In this document: piece after piece, positions 37,838-51,633 of the stretch
Position numbering within the stretch: the first letter of the stretch is position 1
How the letters are laid out: each line of letters opens with the position of its first letter
Origin: Phoronis australis
Taxonomy: Eukaryota; Animalia; Phoronida
Assembly: GCA_002633005.1 (NCBI GenBank)
Contig: NMRA01000315.1
Span: 452,463-516,462, forward strand
Direction of reading: 5' to 3'
Length of the DNA: 64,000 nt
Program-made: the position numbers and the translations under genes
The notes under the pieces: generated by a model
Told to the model about the DNA's origin: nothing
Seen by the model: only the letters and a program-made list of their open reading frames with translations
The model's database searches: none

Positions 37838-39091
37838 ATGAAGCATAACGTACATGTAGGATTTGAGTAAGCTTCACACTACATAATCCAAATGTAACCC
37901 ATTTCTGTAAATCAAATAAGATTGTTTACATTTTCTTGCTTTATTGATACATTTTTAACTAGTCACAAAACATGAATCAAAATGGCATTTTGTGCATAAA
38001 ATTTAGAAAAATATGTGTCCTGTGTACCTTTCAAACAAAAAACGATTTCAGAGCAATCTCAACATGAGTTTGGGAGAATGCAAGGCCAATTGAATGAGCA
38101 CTTCACATTGAAAAAAATAGAAGATTCATAATAGTTATGCCACAAGCACCGGAAAACTGTAGACAACTTCTTTTTGTAGCAGTGTGTATGCAAACATATT
38201 ATAGCTAAATCTTCACCGATGGCAATGTAGCCGGTTGAACGTGTCTTTCAGTTCAGAAGAATTGCCACGATGTCTAACGTATCTAGTTGCCAAAAAGGTT
38301 TTCTTTTGGAAATCGATCGTATGTGGTTAGGAGAACAAAATTAGCTTGGTTGCACTTTGTGCAACATTGAGCAATTTTTATAATTCAAGATGGCGGATTC
38401 CGCCATCTTGAATTTTGCCCAGTTTCGATCTTTTGGATTTCATGACATACAAGGTTTTGCAATACATCGTTCCTAGTCTTTTTTGGGAAGTAGAATCCAT
38501 TTCTGGTATAATTTTATATATTTAGGGTTTAAGTAAAGGTCATTTGAGAGGTCAATGGTCAAAATTTTATGAAGTCAGGAACTCTCTTGGCGGATGAAAT
38601 CAAATTTATATGCAGCATCATATTAAATTCTGCTAAATGCTTCTAAGATCTCATAGTGTTAAGGATAAGAGACTGTTAAATACTAGAAAAAGATACTGTA
38701 CCAAATCCAGCCTCAATGACCGAAGTCACAATATTGCCTATCCTGAACAGGAACTAAGGGTATGCGTACCTGTATTCGTCCAGTACAGATGATTGATGCG
38801 TCTGTAGCTTAAACAAGCTACACGAGGGCCTATGTGCACATGCTGTATCTGCTTTGTTGTTTCCATTAAGCTTCATATAAAAGAAAAGTCAAATACTAGG
38901 GCCTTATGTTACCAAAATTCCACAACATGGAGTCATGAACAAACATGTATTACCAACTAAAGTAAATGGGTCCATTTCTTGACTTCTTGTTGAATTGTTG
39001 CAATAAAATGTGTATGTACATGGGTAAAGAATAAAGGAATACCACATGTGTGAATGAGGGTTATAAGCAAACAGGAATGAGAAATGCATAC

Positions 39092-42000
39092 TTAGTCATC
39101 ATCTATATTTGGTTGTTCTTCTAAGTCTTCAACTTCTGCCTGTTTGCTAGTGTACTAACTGCAGCAGATATCCCCTGCCTCACACTTGCAATACTCTGTG
39201 CAGGACAGGCCAGCGCCATTACAACCACAGAATGCCTTTCCTTCTGCACTGCAACTACAACTAACTACGTACAGGTGCAGTTGAAACAGCTGGTGCTACT
39301 AAAGAGCCGTCTACTTTCCAGCCAAAGTTGGCAATACACTTAGTTTCTTCTGGTGGATCTCGGCGGTAAACTCCCTTCCATATCAACTTCTGAAGGTGTG
39401 CTCGGAGTACGTGCAAGTACACATTGGCATCTGTTGGTGGAATTTTCTTCAGTGGTGGGGGCTTCTTTCTCCCACGGTAGAACTGGGTACGGACATCATT
39501 CATTGTTAGAGAACTCGTCTGCCCATACAAAGGTAAGAAGAATGCATACGCAGTTTCCAAAAGCTCATCGTTGGTTGCACCAGACTCTCCCAATACCTGG
39601 TCGAGGCCTGGAATGTTAGTTTCAAGTACTGTTAGGCACTCTCTTTTTCCAAAAGGATAGTACACTGTGTCGCAACCGGACATAGCATGAATTCCTAGGA
39701 GGTGGCTGCACTTTCTGTTGCCTAATTTCTGAACTGTTTTGTTGATGTCCAAGATATCTCCATTCCATTTCTCCATTTGAATATTGGCATCAACACTCAT
39801 TCGTGATGTCCAATATATCAATAGCACAAAGACATCGGCGTCGTCACTGAGGATTCGGACAGTGAGGACTCCTTCTTCCATCGCTTTTAACATGTAGCTG
39901 CAGAGTGTGATGTCTGCTTCAGCAGGGGTAACTGTACAGTTGTTTTTGCTCACCAGCTGGATGTTATTTGGAAGAGGATGGCTACACAGAAGACTGTTGA
40001 GCAGGGCCTTGCTCTTGGTATTGTTCAGAATAGTTTCTCGGCATGGAAGGGTAGTGTTTGGGGTTAGTAGAACTTCCTTAGTCTTTCCTCGTCTTGACCT
40101 CTCAGGATTTTTTGCACAGGGAATTTCATGGTCATATCTGTCGAACAGAAATTATTTCTTTGAATCGGGTGGATAGTGGGCTAGTCGTGTACCAAAGCTT
40201 GCCGCTAAATCCCCTGTAGTCCCGTAGACTGGCCAGACGACATGATACAGAAGATGACCAGTATCAACCAATACCACCTCTGGAACAGAAGGATTTACAA
40301 CAGAGACACCGAGAGACTTGACCAGGATAGCCTTATCACCCTTCCTAAGGCAGCCGTATTCATCAATCAGTGATTTAGGTACTGGACTTAGCTCGCACTG
40401 AAAAACATCGGCCATGTCAATGTTGTGTTGCTGCCCCACAAATAACAGGCAACTAAATAGCGTCTCCATGTCGTAAATGGCCTTCCCCTTGAAAGTCACA
40501 GGCTTCTTCAGCAGCTCCATTGTTTTGACTTTTTTCTTGATTGTTTTATGAAAATCACTGCATAGCGAAGCGTTGAACTGGCTACTCTGCTCACTACTGA
40601 TAGCCAATGCATCCTGGACATTCACTATTTCTGAAGCTACTTGGCCATTGCATATGTTGTATAGACGCAGATGTTGATCAGTAAAGGGGTAAGTTCCTCT
40701 GCAATCTTTCTCCAATCTTCTTCATCGAGTTTCCTTCTTCCCTCTCCTTCCTCGTTGTGATTAGCCATTTCTTTGTCTACTACTCTGTGTTCCTTCTGCT
40801 CTCCTCCAGTTTCCTTGTACATGTGCTCCATTGTAATGTTAAGGTGGGCACACACATTGAAACTGTTCACCCACACAGCCACCTGCTCGGCACTTGTTGA
40901 GTTACCCTTCATACCTCCATCATCTTTCCCCCGCCTGATATATGTCTGTTCTCCAAACTGATCTGCTGGCGCTGCAGTTCCTCCATCCGAGTGTCGACAG
41001 AGGTGAGCACCTTTCAGTAAATCTCCCTTGGCATTCTCGGGAAGGTGTCGATAATACCAGCTGAGGTAGAGTGCATAATTGTGGTGACCTGCTGCGAAGA
41101 AGTACGGCAACATCTCTTTTAGACAATGTTGTTGAAGAAAGCAGTCACCGTCCCTCTCTCCACGGAGAAACATCAGAGACAGGAGTGTTGGCTTAATAAG
41201 ACAATCTACCCATAACTTCCGGGTCGGGTGTTCCCTAACCATTTCCAGATGAGCACCCAACTCTTCATACGTCTTTGCCCCATTTGAGTATATGTTATGT
41301 AATAACATGGCTTTGATGAGACGGTATGCCCGTAACGCATTTGTCCAAGCCTTTCCATTGACTATGCTGGTGATTCCAGCAAACGCCGAGCCTATGAGCA
41401 TTTCCACACCAGATGCCTTCATCAGTGTACCAATACAACCCAGGAAACTAATAAGAGTGTGTATCATACCCGGGTGAAGTACGACGTTGCTCCAGAGAAG
41501 AGTGTCGCTCCACTGTATTAGGCATGCAGTTTGATACAACTGAAGGTCAATAGTGAGATGAATGAGCTACATTCCAAAACTGTTAAGAGTGCGCTTAAGA
41601 TACCCAAGTGTTGTGAATACTGTGTCGGGGTGAGCAGGTGGCGCGTCGATCATCGGTCCGAAGATGTAAAGGGTCTTGGGCTTCTGGTTCGCGCCTGTCA
41701 CCAGTCGGTCTTGCTTAGAATTAAAGCCCGCCCACTCAAGTGGTCTGTCATTCAGGTGGACATGTGGCAACCAAGCAAAATATCGCTGGTGAGTGGACAT
41801 GACTGCCTGAGACTGAAGCTGTACCTCCTCAGCAGAGAGACATTTCTCCGGAAGCATAGAAGGATTCACCTTTGAAGGTCCAGTGTAGTGTTCCAGTTGT
41901 AGACATTGTTGAGAAACACGCATAGAGGAGGCCTCGTGTTTTGTAAGTCGGAGAATATTCAGCTGCATCACCCCAATGTTTTCCAAGTTGACAATGCTTA

Positions 42001-43300
42001 GAGGGTGCTGGGTGAACTCCATGGCCATGGCGTGGGTGGTCTTCATCCCATTGAGGCTTGCAATACACAAATCGTAATTGTCAGCCCAGCTAAATATGGG
42101 ACCGTTCTTCACATTTAAACCAAGTTTCTTGTGGTATTCACCCTTGTTATCAGAAACAAACTTAGCCACAGCTTTTCGAAATCATACATCTTCGTCATAT
42201 GAAGATGTTATGCCATAGTCATTAAGAATCTTGATTCGCTCAGAACTGCCATACTTGTGGTGGAGCGTAACGGCAAGTCAAAGTGTCGTTTGATTCCGGC
42301 CTGCGCCTTCTACATGCTGTTGAATGCATTGGGCCAGAGCCAATGACACTTTTGTGATATTGCCTCCAGATACATACTAGATACTACTTTTGATGAGAGT
42401 AGTTGTTAAGGTTGTAGTCGACAGGCTTAGATGTTGCATTAACTTCATTGCGAATCTTCCTCACTAGCTTCTCTATCTCATCCTTGTTGCTGTCATTATT
42501 GCTCCTCTTGGTTATCGTGATAATTTTCCAAAGGGTGACTTTAAATCCAACTATGGTCTCACAGTCCTCGATGTGGATTAAAAGCAAAGTGTCGCTAAAG
42601 TAGTTTATGAGGCTGGATACATGTACTAGCTGTCGTTTTGTCATAGTGCCTGAAGCAGCAAGGTACATAGAGTACAGTTCCTATGTCGTCTCTGTCTTGT
42701 TTTCAGTCATCATCGTGATCATAGCCCTTAGGGCATCCTCCTGTGACGCCATGGGTGAGTGTCTTGACAAGGGAACAGCTCGAAATTTATCGTAACAGTG
42801 GACATGGTACTGTGCGTCAGCAGCATGCAGATCAAATACGCCACAGAGTCAAGCAGCTACGTCATTATCCCACTGGTCCCCTCTCTCATCACAAATCTTC
42901 TCCAAGTGTTGCTTGAACGTGATTTTAGTATCTCTGTCAAGAGTTGTGCATTGTCTGACCTGAGCCCATCTTTTTGGGTTCTTAGGGTCTTTCAGCTTAC
43001 ACTCATTCCCACACAAGAGACAGTCTCTCTTAAAAATAAAATTACTACACTGAGACTTCAGCATCCTTTTGGATGGACCAGGCTCAGTTTGCGTTGGCTT
43101 TCTTTTTCCCTGATCAATGGTCCTACTCTTTGAAGTGTAAGTACAGTAACATGATTTGTGAGCAAGAATGTCAGTTTCAGAGATAATGTTTTTGTAAAGT
43201 TCACCTTCCTTTAATTTACTGGTTGTGATAATTTTCTGCAATGCAATTGTCTTGAACGTTTGTAGTTCTCCGCTAGCGCTACAGGGACTAAACAGGCACT
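39092..43300 (-). pseudogene. Academ transposase/XPG nuclease/Cys8 protein, broken by frameshifts and stops
   Basis: Consecutive ORF fragments carry HKSCYCTYTS, DLHAADAQYH, WADNYD...KTTHAM, HPGMIHTLISFLGCIG, YFFAAGHHNYA, EAD...SDDADVFVLL...HAMSGCDT (FEN1/XPG acidic motifs) and a C-terminal CSC...CGCNGAGLSCTEYCKC. Confidence 0.85.
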
Positions 43301-43328
43301 TCAGTNCCCCCCCCCCCCCTAGACATCT

Positions 43329-43763
43329 TGAACGTAACAGTAAAAGAGAGTAGGGAATCCCTACCTAAAATGAAAGAAATCACTGTCAGTATTGGCACTT
43401 GTTCAATGAATAACGAAGCATGACCATAAAACATTGTAAAACACCCTTATACTTGCTAGGACTGAAAAACCTTACGTCATTTTTCGAAAAAGGTAGGACA
43501 CTTGCACTGTTGATTCCATATTGAAATGGTTTTTCATGGTGAACGTAACAGTAAAAGAGAGTAGGAAATCTCTACCTAAAATTAAAGAAATCACAGACAG
43601 TATGGGCACTTGTTCAATGAATACCGAAGCATGACCAAGTCTATGGACCATAAAACATTGTAAAACACCCTTATACTTGCTAGGACTGAAAAACCTTCCG
43701 TCACTTTTCGAAAAAGGTTGTACACTTGCACTGTTGATTCCATATTAATATGGTTTTTCATGG
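43329..43763. repeat. ~210-bp tandem duplication upstream of the Academ ORF
   Basis: 43329-43539 and 43540-43763 both start tgaacgtaacagtaaaagagagtagg and end tggtttttcatgg, with scattered differences. Confidence 0.9.
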
Positions 43764-46224
43764 ATGACCTACTTTTTAAAGAAATCAATGAAGGGCACTT
43801 ACTACAGAAATTTTAACGCTAACGATAATACTCAAAAATAGTTAATTATAAATCCTAATACACATATTTGAGCCTTTCAGTCACAAAATTCACGGTATAG
43901 TATTACATGACAAACAAATATGTAGCGTACTTACCCAAACTAGTAAAACCAGACGATCCTTAAGTACACAGTCACCATCGTCTTGAACAAAATTCTCAAG
44001 TGTGGTGTAAACTCATATTCACTATACTTTGTAATCATTTTATGATACAAAATTAATACAATGTATATCATTATAAAAATTATGTCAACTAGTGGGTATG
44101 TGTGATGACATCATCAAGTTATGAATTATGGCATTGTCTATGAGCACGTGCACTTTGTATTATTTCAAGCTAGGAAAGATTTTGCATAGGCGGATTTAGA
44201 GGGGGTCCAGGGGGCCCGCCCCCCGTCCCCCCCTTGGCTGCCGGAGGCAAAATGAAACAGTAACAGGGGCAGGCGTGAGGAAATATTGAGTTCAGTAACT
44301 AGGACCGGAACTTTTGGGATGCTCGTGCAGATACAATCGCGCTTTGCCCAATTTCCCGAGGTTACTTTTCATGAAATAGACAACCGAGTTTAGAAAACTA
44401 GATAGCTTGAACGGAAGACAAAATCAGTTCCAATTTGCATCGTAGTTTTGGTACATTGTAAGCTATCAGTATCAGCCTTTTAAGAAATTACCTAAGCGTC
44501 TGTGTGTAGAAGATAATAGGTGAAATATCGGAAAATTGTTTACCATCGGGATTGTTAGTCAATAAGTATCAATAAGTTAATTTCAAAAAAGGACTCAGCA
44601 TCATAAAATATGGTAAAAATGACGTATTGTATGACCCTGTATTTCAGATATGGGCTTAAATTCAAGATGGAGGATTCCGCCATCTTGAATTGCAAAAAAT
44701 GCTCAAAGTTGCACAAAGTGCAACCAAGCAAATTTTGTTCTCCTGATCACATTTACTATATTTCAACAAAAAAAATTTTACAGTAATCAACATTGCAGGG
44801 TTCAGTATGGAGGCTATTGGGCCGGCAACTAGACTAACGTGAATGGTGAGCACTTTAACCACGGACGTGTAATTCAATAACTTACACATTCGTGATTAAA
44901 TCCTAGTGCAAAATCTTGGACTGTACAGAATGGTACATAAAGAAATGTGTTACTAAATTTTACTGCTAGAATATTTGTGAAAATGATGTTTAAACACTTT
45001 AATTCCGTAACCTATGCTGCTGACACTGCAAGATGGCCGACCGACCGAAATAAAGTCAAAATCTGACACATAAATACCGATAACTTTTGAATGCACCATG
45101 CAATTTTGATAAATTTTCATTTTTGTATTTTCATACAATAATTTCTTTGCTGTGATGTATTTTTGTCTTCAAAGTGAAAAAGTTATTTTGGGTTCGACCG
45201 CTTCATACAGACACTCTCGAGCTTTTAATTCAAAAGAATTTGTTATATGTAAAAGCTTAATTGCCTTGGAATATTGCACAAATCATTAAAAGTTACATAA
45301 ATTATTCATGTCAGCCTAAAAATCGTCTCTAAGGTCGTCAACTGTTTTAGGTACTGGCAACAGGCAATTATGCCATCACTTGTGCCTGTGCAATCTCTGG
45401 GCCACGGTCAGTTATGAACGCTCAATAGGTGAAATGGTAGTATGGATATGTCAGACAGCATTATGGTCAGTAAAATTTTGATTCCCATTAATTATTTTTC
45501 TTGAAACCATTTTAAATGAAAAATTGGGAATTTTTGCACCAGAGCCACACCGTGATAACATACACAAATTTTAACTGATTCCGGAAGATGACCCCTAGAG
45601 GGACTTTTTCTTAAGAGCTATTACACAAGAAAGTAAAAAAAAATAAAAATTACTCCTAGAATCATCTTTCATATTCAGCTTTAACTTTGTGATCGTGATG
45701 TGGCTGTGATAAAAATCACCAATTTTGCACTTACTGACCTCTTAATTTTTTACCAATAGGCCTGCAAATGTTTACGAAGTAAATGACCCATTTTTGCATA
45801 CCGAAAATGTTCTCATATCAAAACAGTTAAATTGCATGGAATGAGAGAAAACATGTGAAGTGGGATAAACTCTGTATGTACTACCAAATAAAATTGATAC
45901 TAAAAATTTCGCTGCATTCATCACGTGAGAGGGGAGATAAATCCGGAGGCACTTTTTTGTAGTTTTGAAAGTGGGTTCCACTCAAGCTGAAGTGCTTCTA
46001 CAAGTCAGTTTGCGGGGCTGTGGACATTGAAAGATATGTTTATGGATAGATCTTGGATGTGTGAAGAAATGTAAGAAATCTCTGGAATGGGCTTTTTCAT
46101 TTCTTGTTCTAAAAATGCCCCACTATTGCGTATTCTACACTTTTTGAACGAAAATTTTTGTAACTTCGTTATATTTAAAATGGTTTCAAGAAGAAATATG
46201 TCCATACACCAATTCACCTATTAA

Positions 46225-48028
46225 AGGAGAATGCCACCCAAAAAGCAACCTAGTTTGTATCAATTTAGATCGAGTAGTTCCACTCGAAAACAGCAAGTAC
46301 AGCTGTTTTACCTGACACCTGACGGCAGACGGTGGTGTGGAAATTAACCAATGACGTTAGAGGTTCGAATGCAGTCAGTTCAGCAGTTCACAACACGCTT
46401 ACTCGCTTGAATTCATCGTTTTACACCAGTAAATCTTCAAAATTCGATGTAAAACCCTTATAAATACATCCAGTTATTGAACAAACGTGTTTTTTATTTC
46501 TCTCTAACGGATTTTTAGGCATTTCAACATACCGTAGCCTACAAAGTTCGGTAGGCCAATTTACCAAGGTCGGTCGCGGGAGTTTGGGGTTTGTTTGGTG
46601 ATCAATTCAAATTATTCGTCCGTGAAATATAGACAGGAGAACATAGCTGTGTGTTGTAATTTTAGACTCGCGATTTTTTCAGTTCTAAACACACAAAACG
46701 CTTGCTATGCCGGCCAGTGACTCGGAACCCGATTAGGCCCATCGCGGCCTGACTGAAGACATCACGACCATAAACCAGTCAAAGTTGGAAACTAAACTTT
46801 CTGTCACAAAAAGACTATACTAGTGAGGAAAAGAAAAAAATGTGGACGTGGTAATTTTGGTGAATTAAACGCGAAATTGAAAATCTACTTACCAGCTCCT
46901 CGAGTTATTGTTTCACAATAGCTTTCCATCAGCAAACACCGAATTAGCATGCGCTCACACGGCCTCAGTGCCCGGTAATTAGTTTATTGCTTCTTAAGCC
47001 GGTAACACAGTGATTTATTCATTGAATACTTCTTAAAACATTTGCACTCACGAACACTCCAAGTCATTACAAACTGTATCTAACGAGACAGCTTTTGAGA
47101 TTTATATCAGAATAATTCATTTTGAAACAGAACGCACAATAATAAAAGTCAACGTGGCAACTCGCAATCCCGACTTAGACGAGTACTCAACCGAAGAAGA
47201 CTTCACACGTCATTCATTAAGTTTCACAGGCTATCAGTTAGAACCGGAATACACTGATGAAGAAATAATAGAGAGGCTCCGAGAACGTGCGCAGACAACA
47301 GAACATGTGGATAGTTATGAAAACCGTTTGAATGACTTGTCATGGTGTCATTGAGCTACAAACTGCACGGTACTTAAATATCTGTCGCTTGCGTTTGCTG
47401 CCACGAAATTCCGCAAGTGAAACTCCTTCTTGGAGAAGCGCAGATGTGTGTCACGGACCATCCTGATTTTGCACCGCATCTTAACAGATGTGTGCTTACG
47501 ACGTTTTTTACGGATGAGAATAAGAACTGGCAAAAACATCCTACACCCAGAGGACCGAACAGAAGCCTCACGAACGATTCAATCATCAAACAGGTTATAA
47601 AAAACGTTATGTTCTCAACCCTTGAATTAATTGTAATTGTTTGGGTTTTCATGGCCAACTGCAATTCTCCATAATCAAAAACTGATCAACAACTTATCCC
47701 ACCAAATACAGTCACGGAGAAGTTTCACGTTCTCATACTTGGTATTTTTCAATCATCACTACCATTAGCCACTTCCGAAGCATTATGGACATTCGAAAAA
47801 ACGATATACACGCTTTCCTCACAGCTTCATAGTTCGCACAAGCGGGAACGATACACCACACCATACACTCTGCATAAGAACCACTGTCGTCGCTGCGTCG
47901 TTTCTCACCTTCCCCCACAGGTTAGCGCGACACCTCTCGGCGAGGTAAGATTGACCATACACGAGGTGAAGCGGATATAGACCGATTAAGATGGTAAAAA
48001 GACTGATTAAATCGGGTGGCATTCTCTT
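46225..48028. mobile_element. Kolobok-type element, family B, copy 1
   Basis: TTAA at 46221-46224 and 48029-48032. TIR AGGAGAATGCCACCC. Plus-strand KolX remnant 47154-47590 (GYQLEPEY...WCH...CVCCHEI...CVTDHPDF) and minus-strand THAP remnant (WCIVPACANY) at ~47700-47865. Confidence 0.85.
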
Positions 48029-48504
48029 TTAACCGTTCAGTGGGTCTGGGGTTACGCAGGCATAGGTGATGACATACTTGCCTTGAGCCAATACCCAAAA
48101 CGGTTCACGCTCTTAGAGACAATTTTAGGCTGAAATAAATAATTCATGTGATTTTTAATGAAATATTCCGATTCTTGCACTGTTTTAAGGCCACTTAGCT
48201 TTGATTTATAAACAATACTTTTCACTTAAGGGTTTGAGACCACATGAAACAGATGAGCCGAAAATTATTTTTTCACTTTGAAGAAAAAGCCTGTATTACG
48301 GCAAAGGCATCGATATCTGAAACACAACAACAAAAAATTATCAAAATCGCATGGTGCGTTCAAATTTTATCGCTATTTATGTGTCAAAATTTGACTCACT
48401 GTTTTGATCGGGTCGGCCATCTTGGATGTCAGCGGTATAGGTTTACGAGTCTAAAAATGCTTATTATAATGAAATTATTTTCATAAATATTCAAATAGAA
48501 GAAT

Positions 48505-48905
48505 CTAGCTACACATATACTTACCTACCATTCTGTAAAATCTAAGATATTACACCAGAATTTAATCAAGCAGATGTAAGTTCTTGAGTGGTTAAAGTAC
48601 TCAAGGATCATTCAGCCTCATAGCTTCATACTTCATTTATTATCATGCTTGTCAAATTCTAGTTCAGAAAGAATGCTTTTATGGTACTCAGTCGCCATGA
48701 TAACAATTATGCATGTCCACTTTCATACTTAACGTGATTTTGGTTCATCTTGTATTTCTGAGATTCTAAGTTAGTTATTGTGGCAAAAGGTTGTTAGGAT
48801 CATTATACCTTACCGATTAATTTGTACTAAGATCACTTTGCTAGATGCAAGCCTTAGCCACAATTTGGGTGGAATTGGTTAAACGATAAGCATCGTGTAA
48901 AAATG
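48505..48905. repeat. Old repeat arm, inverted partner of 35680-36065 plus 44835-44960
   Basis: Its reverse complement aligns contiguously to the left arm once the ISL2EU and Academ insertions are removed. Confidence 0.7.
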
Positions 48906-49921
48906 ATTAAAACTCCAAAACTCCGATCACAGGCATAGCATCAGTTAGAAAGTGACGGGGGCTTGGAACAGGTTAGACATGTGAACGGTTTCCAAAATGC
49001 TAAAATTGTCACTGGTGGGGCAGCGCACGTTAGAATCATTCGAAAACATGCATGTAAATAATACAAGTTTTTGGTCAAATTAGAAGTAAAAGGTGGAAAA
49101 GAAAGACAACGCTACAGTGCAGCATGTAAACGTTTCAATATTAATCAAAAGTCATCCTCAGGTACCACAGTAGCCAGACAAACATCGTAACAGAATGCTA
49201 CATTAATTTCGAAACGGTGTTTTCAAAGATTCATATGCCATCATTTCCTATAGAGAGACGTTTCGGCAAAAATTAAAGAAATTTCACCAAAGAAATCTTG
49301 TTATAGAAACTGCTACCAAGTGGTGAGCAGTACTAGAATTGTCGACTGATTTTATCACCACAGAAACATATTTGCAAAACTAATGAATCCCCTTTATGAG
49401 GTTTGAGAGATACAACTACATACTGCCCGTAGTCAGGCACTGTAAAATACGCTATGGTATGTCCTTCCGATCGACTGTTGCTTGAAAACAAACAAAAAGC
49501 CCATTTCTTATTTTTTATTTTCTTAGTCAGACAGCAATCTAATTGAAACATTATTGGAAATCATCAGCACTCCAAAAATTGGTTAAAAATCATGGACACA
49601 AAATTTAGCAAAATTTACCGAATTTTAACACTCCAGTGAAGGTTAACAAAACTCTTTTAAAGTGTGACGACTGTCTTCTGATAGAGAGGTTCACTGTCTA
49701 CATAAACATCATAAAAAATTTTCTTTCCAGTTCTTTTAAGCCGCTTAAAAGAAACTTCACTATTTAAAACTTTTTGAACCAAAAGTGACTATTTCTGTTG
49801 TCACAAATGGACTGAAACTTTGTTTAATTATTTGATTATTCTTTTGTTCTGTTTGTGTACTAACATATGGTACTTGACTTGCGTGGCGGATGATGTATTT
49901 TGTTTACCAAAGAATAGTGTG

Positions 49922-49939
49922 GAACATTCTAGAAGATTC
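49922..49939. promoter_or_regulatory. Heat-shock-element consensus (4 nGAAn units)
   Basis: GAAcaTTCtaGAAgaTTC. Confidence 0.5.
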
Positions 49940-49957
49940 TAGCATGTAAATGATTAA

Positions 49958-51585
49958 AGGAGAATGCCACCCAAAACCAACCTATTTTGTATCAATTTAG
50001 ATCGAGTAGTCCTACTCGATAACGGCAGGTTTGGTTGCATTACCTGGCGGCAGACGGGGGTGTTGAAATTATCCAATGACGTAATTGGCTTCACACGCAG
50101 TCTGTTCAGCAGTTCACAACACGGGTTAGTGGTGTTAGCTTATCGCTTGAATTTATCATTTAACACCAATAAATCATCAAACTTCGATGTACATCCCTTA
50201 AAAATACACCGAGTTCTTATAAAAACGTGTTGTATTATTTCGCTGTTACGGATTTACTGGTATTTGGACACACCGTAGCCTACAAGTTCGGCAGGCCAAT
50301 TTACAAAGGTCCGTACCAGGAGTTTGGGGTCTGTTCGGAGATAATTTCGAAGTATTCTTCTCTGAAATACAAACAGGAGCACCTAGATCTGTGTTGTTTA
50401 TTCTCGTGATTTTTTTAGTTCTAAACACACAAAACGCTTGTTATCCCGGCTAGTGCGGGCTCGGAAACCAATCAAGCCCGTCACGGCCGCCGGGACTGGC
50501 AAGAACATAAACCAGCTTGAGTTGGAAGACTAAATGTTCAGTCACAAAAAGGCTATTATAGTGAGCCAAAGAAAGAATGCGCAAGAAATTATTTATGTGA
50601 ATTAGCCACGAAACTGAAAATATACTTACTTGTCGGGGGCTGCGAAGTCGCGGTATCCCCTTACACAGATCGTCAGGGCAAAGGTTGTACAGTAACAATG
50701 ATTTGAATAATGTATTTGTACAATATCATATAAAATTGAGTAATTCTTTCTCAACAGCTTTCTGTAAGCAAACATTGAATAGCATGCGCTCGCACACGGC
50801 CTCGGTGCCCGGTCAATTACCTTTGTTGCACGCATCAAAAGCCGGTTACGCAGTGGTTTATTCAGTGCTGGCTTCTTAAAACATTTGCACTCACGAACAC
50901 TCCAAGGTATTACAAATTGTATCTAATGAGACAGACTTTGTTTCTGTTTCATATAAGCACTGCTTAGGATCACTTTAGGATGACAATAATTCATTTTGAA
51001 ATAACGCAGAACAATAAAGTCTACATGGCAACTCGCCGGGCAACAATCCCGACTTAGTCAAGACCTCATCCGACGAAGACTTCAAGGGTCGGATCGTTAG
51101 TTTTCACAGGATATCAGTTCGAACCGGAATACACTGATCAAGAAATACTACATTGGTGCCGTGAACATGCATGTATGGATAGTTCCTTGGTAAGTCTTAA
51201 TTCGTCAGAGAAATCACTGTCGACGAAATGCCGGCCACAGACACGGAGATGTTTCACTTCCATTTACTTGCTAATAACAGCGTATTTTTCATTCTTCACT
51301 ATCGCGTGCCACTTCCTAAGCATTTCGGGCTCTCGAGGAAGTCAAAAAAACGATATACCCGCTTTCTTCGCAGCTTCATAATTCGGACAAGCGGGAACGA
51401 TGCACCAGAGTATGGCGGCATTCACTCTGGAGACGAACCACTGACGTGGCTGCGTCGTCTCTCACCTTCCTCACAGGTTAACGCGACACCTCTCGGCAAG
51501 GTGAGGTCGACAGTATAAGAGGCGATGTGGATATAGACCGATTAAAACGGTAAAAAAGACTATTTTAATCGGGTGGCATTCTCCT
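49958..51585. mobile_element. Kolobok-type element, family B, copy 2
   Basis: TTAA at 49954-49957 and TCAA at 51586-51589. Same TIR as copy 1. Short KolX remnant (GYQFEPEY, ~51110) and longer minus-strand THAP remnant WCIVPACPNY...FF*LPREPEMLRKW...VCGRHF at ~51180-51420. Confidence 0.85.
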
Positions 51586-51633
51586 TCAATGTACTTGGGA
51601 ACCTTCTAGATGTTTGTAGAATGATTGGATAGA

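Larger units (their letters stand above)
38284..44831 (-). mobile_element. Academ (AcademX-type) DNA transposon, near full length, decayed
   Basis: TAGTTGCC...GGCAACTA termini. Subterminal inverted repeats 38322-38414 vs 44659-44751. Encodes a transposase, an XPG/FEN1-like nuclease and a Cys-rich finger. No clean TSD seen. Confidence 0.8.

Noticed and set aside
46225-51585. KolobokP-style long terminal direct repeats flanking an internal region
   Set aside because: Each repeat is itself an element with THAP and KolX remnants and its own TSD, and the spacer has no transposase.
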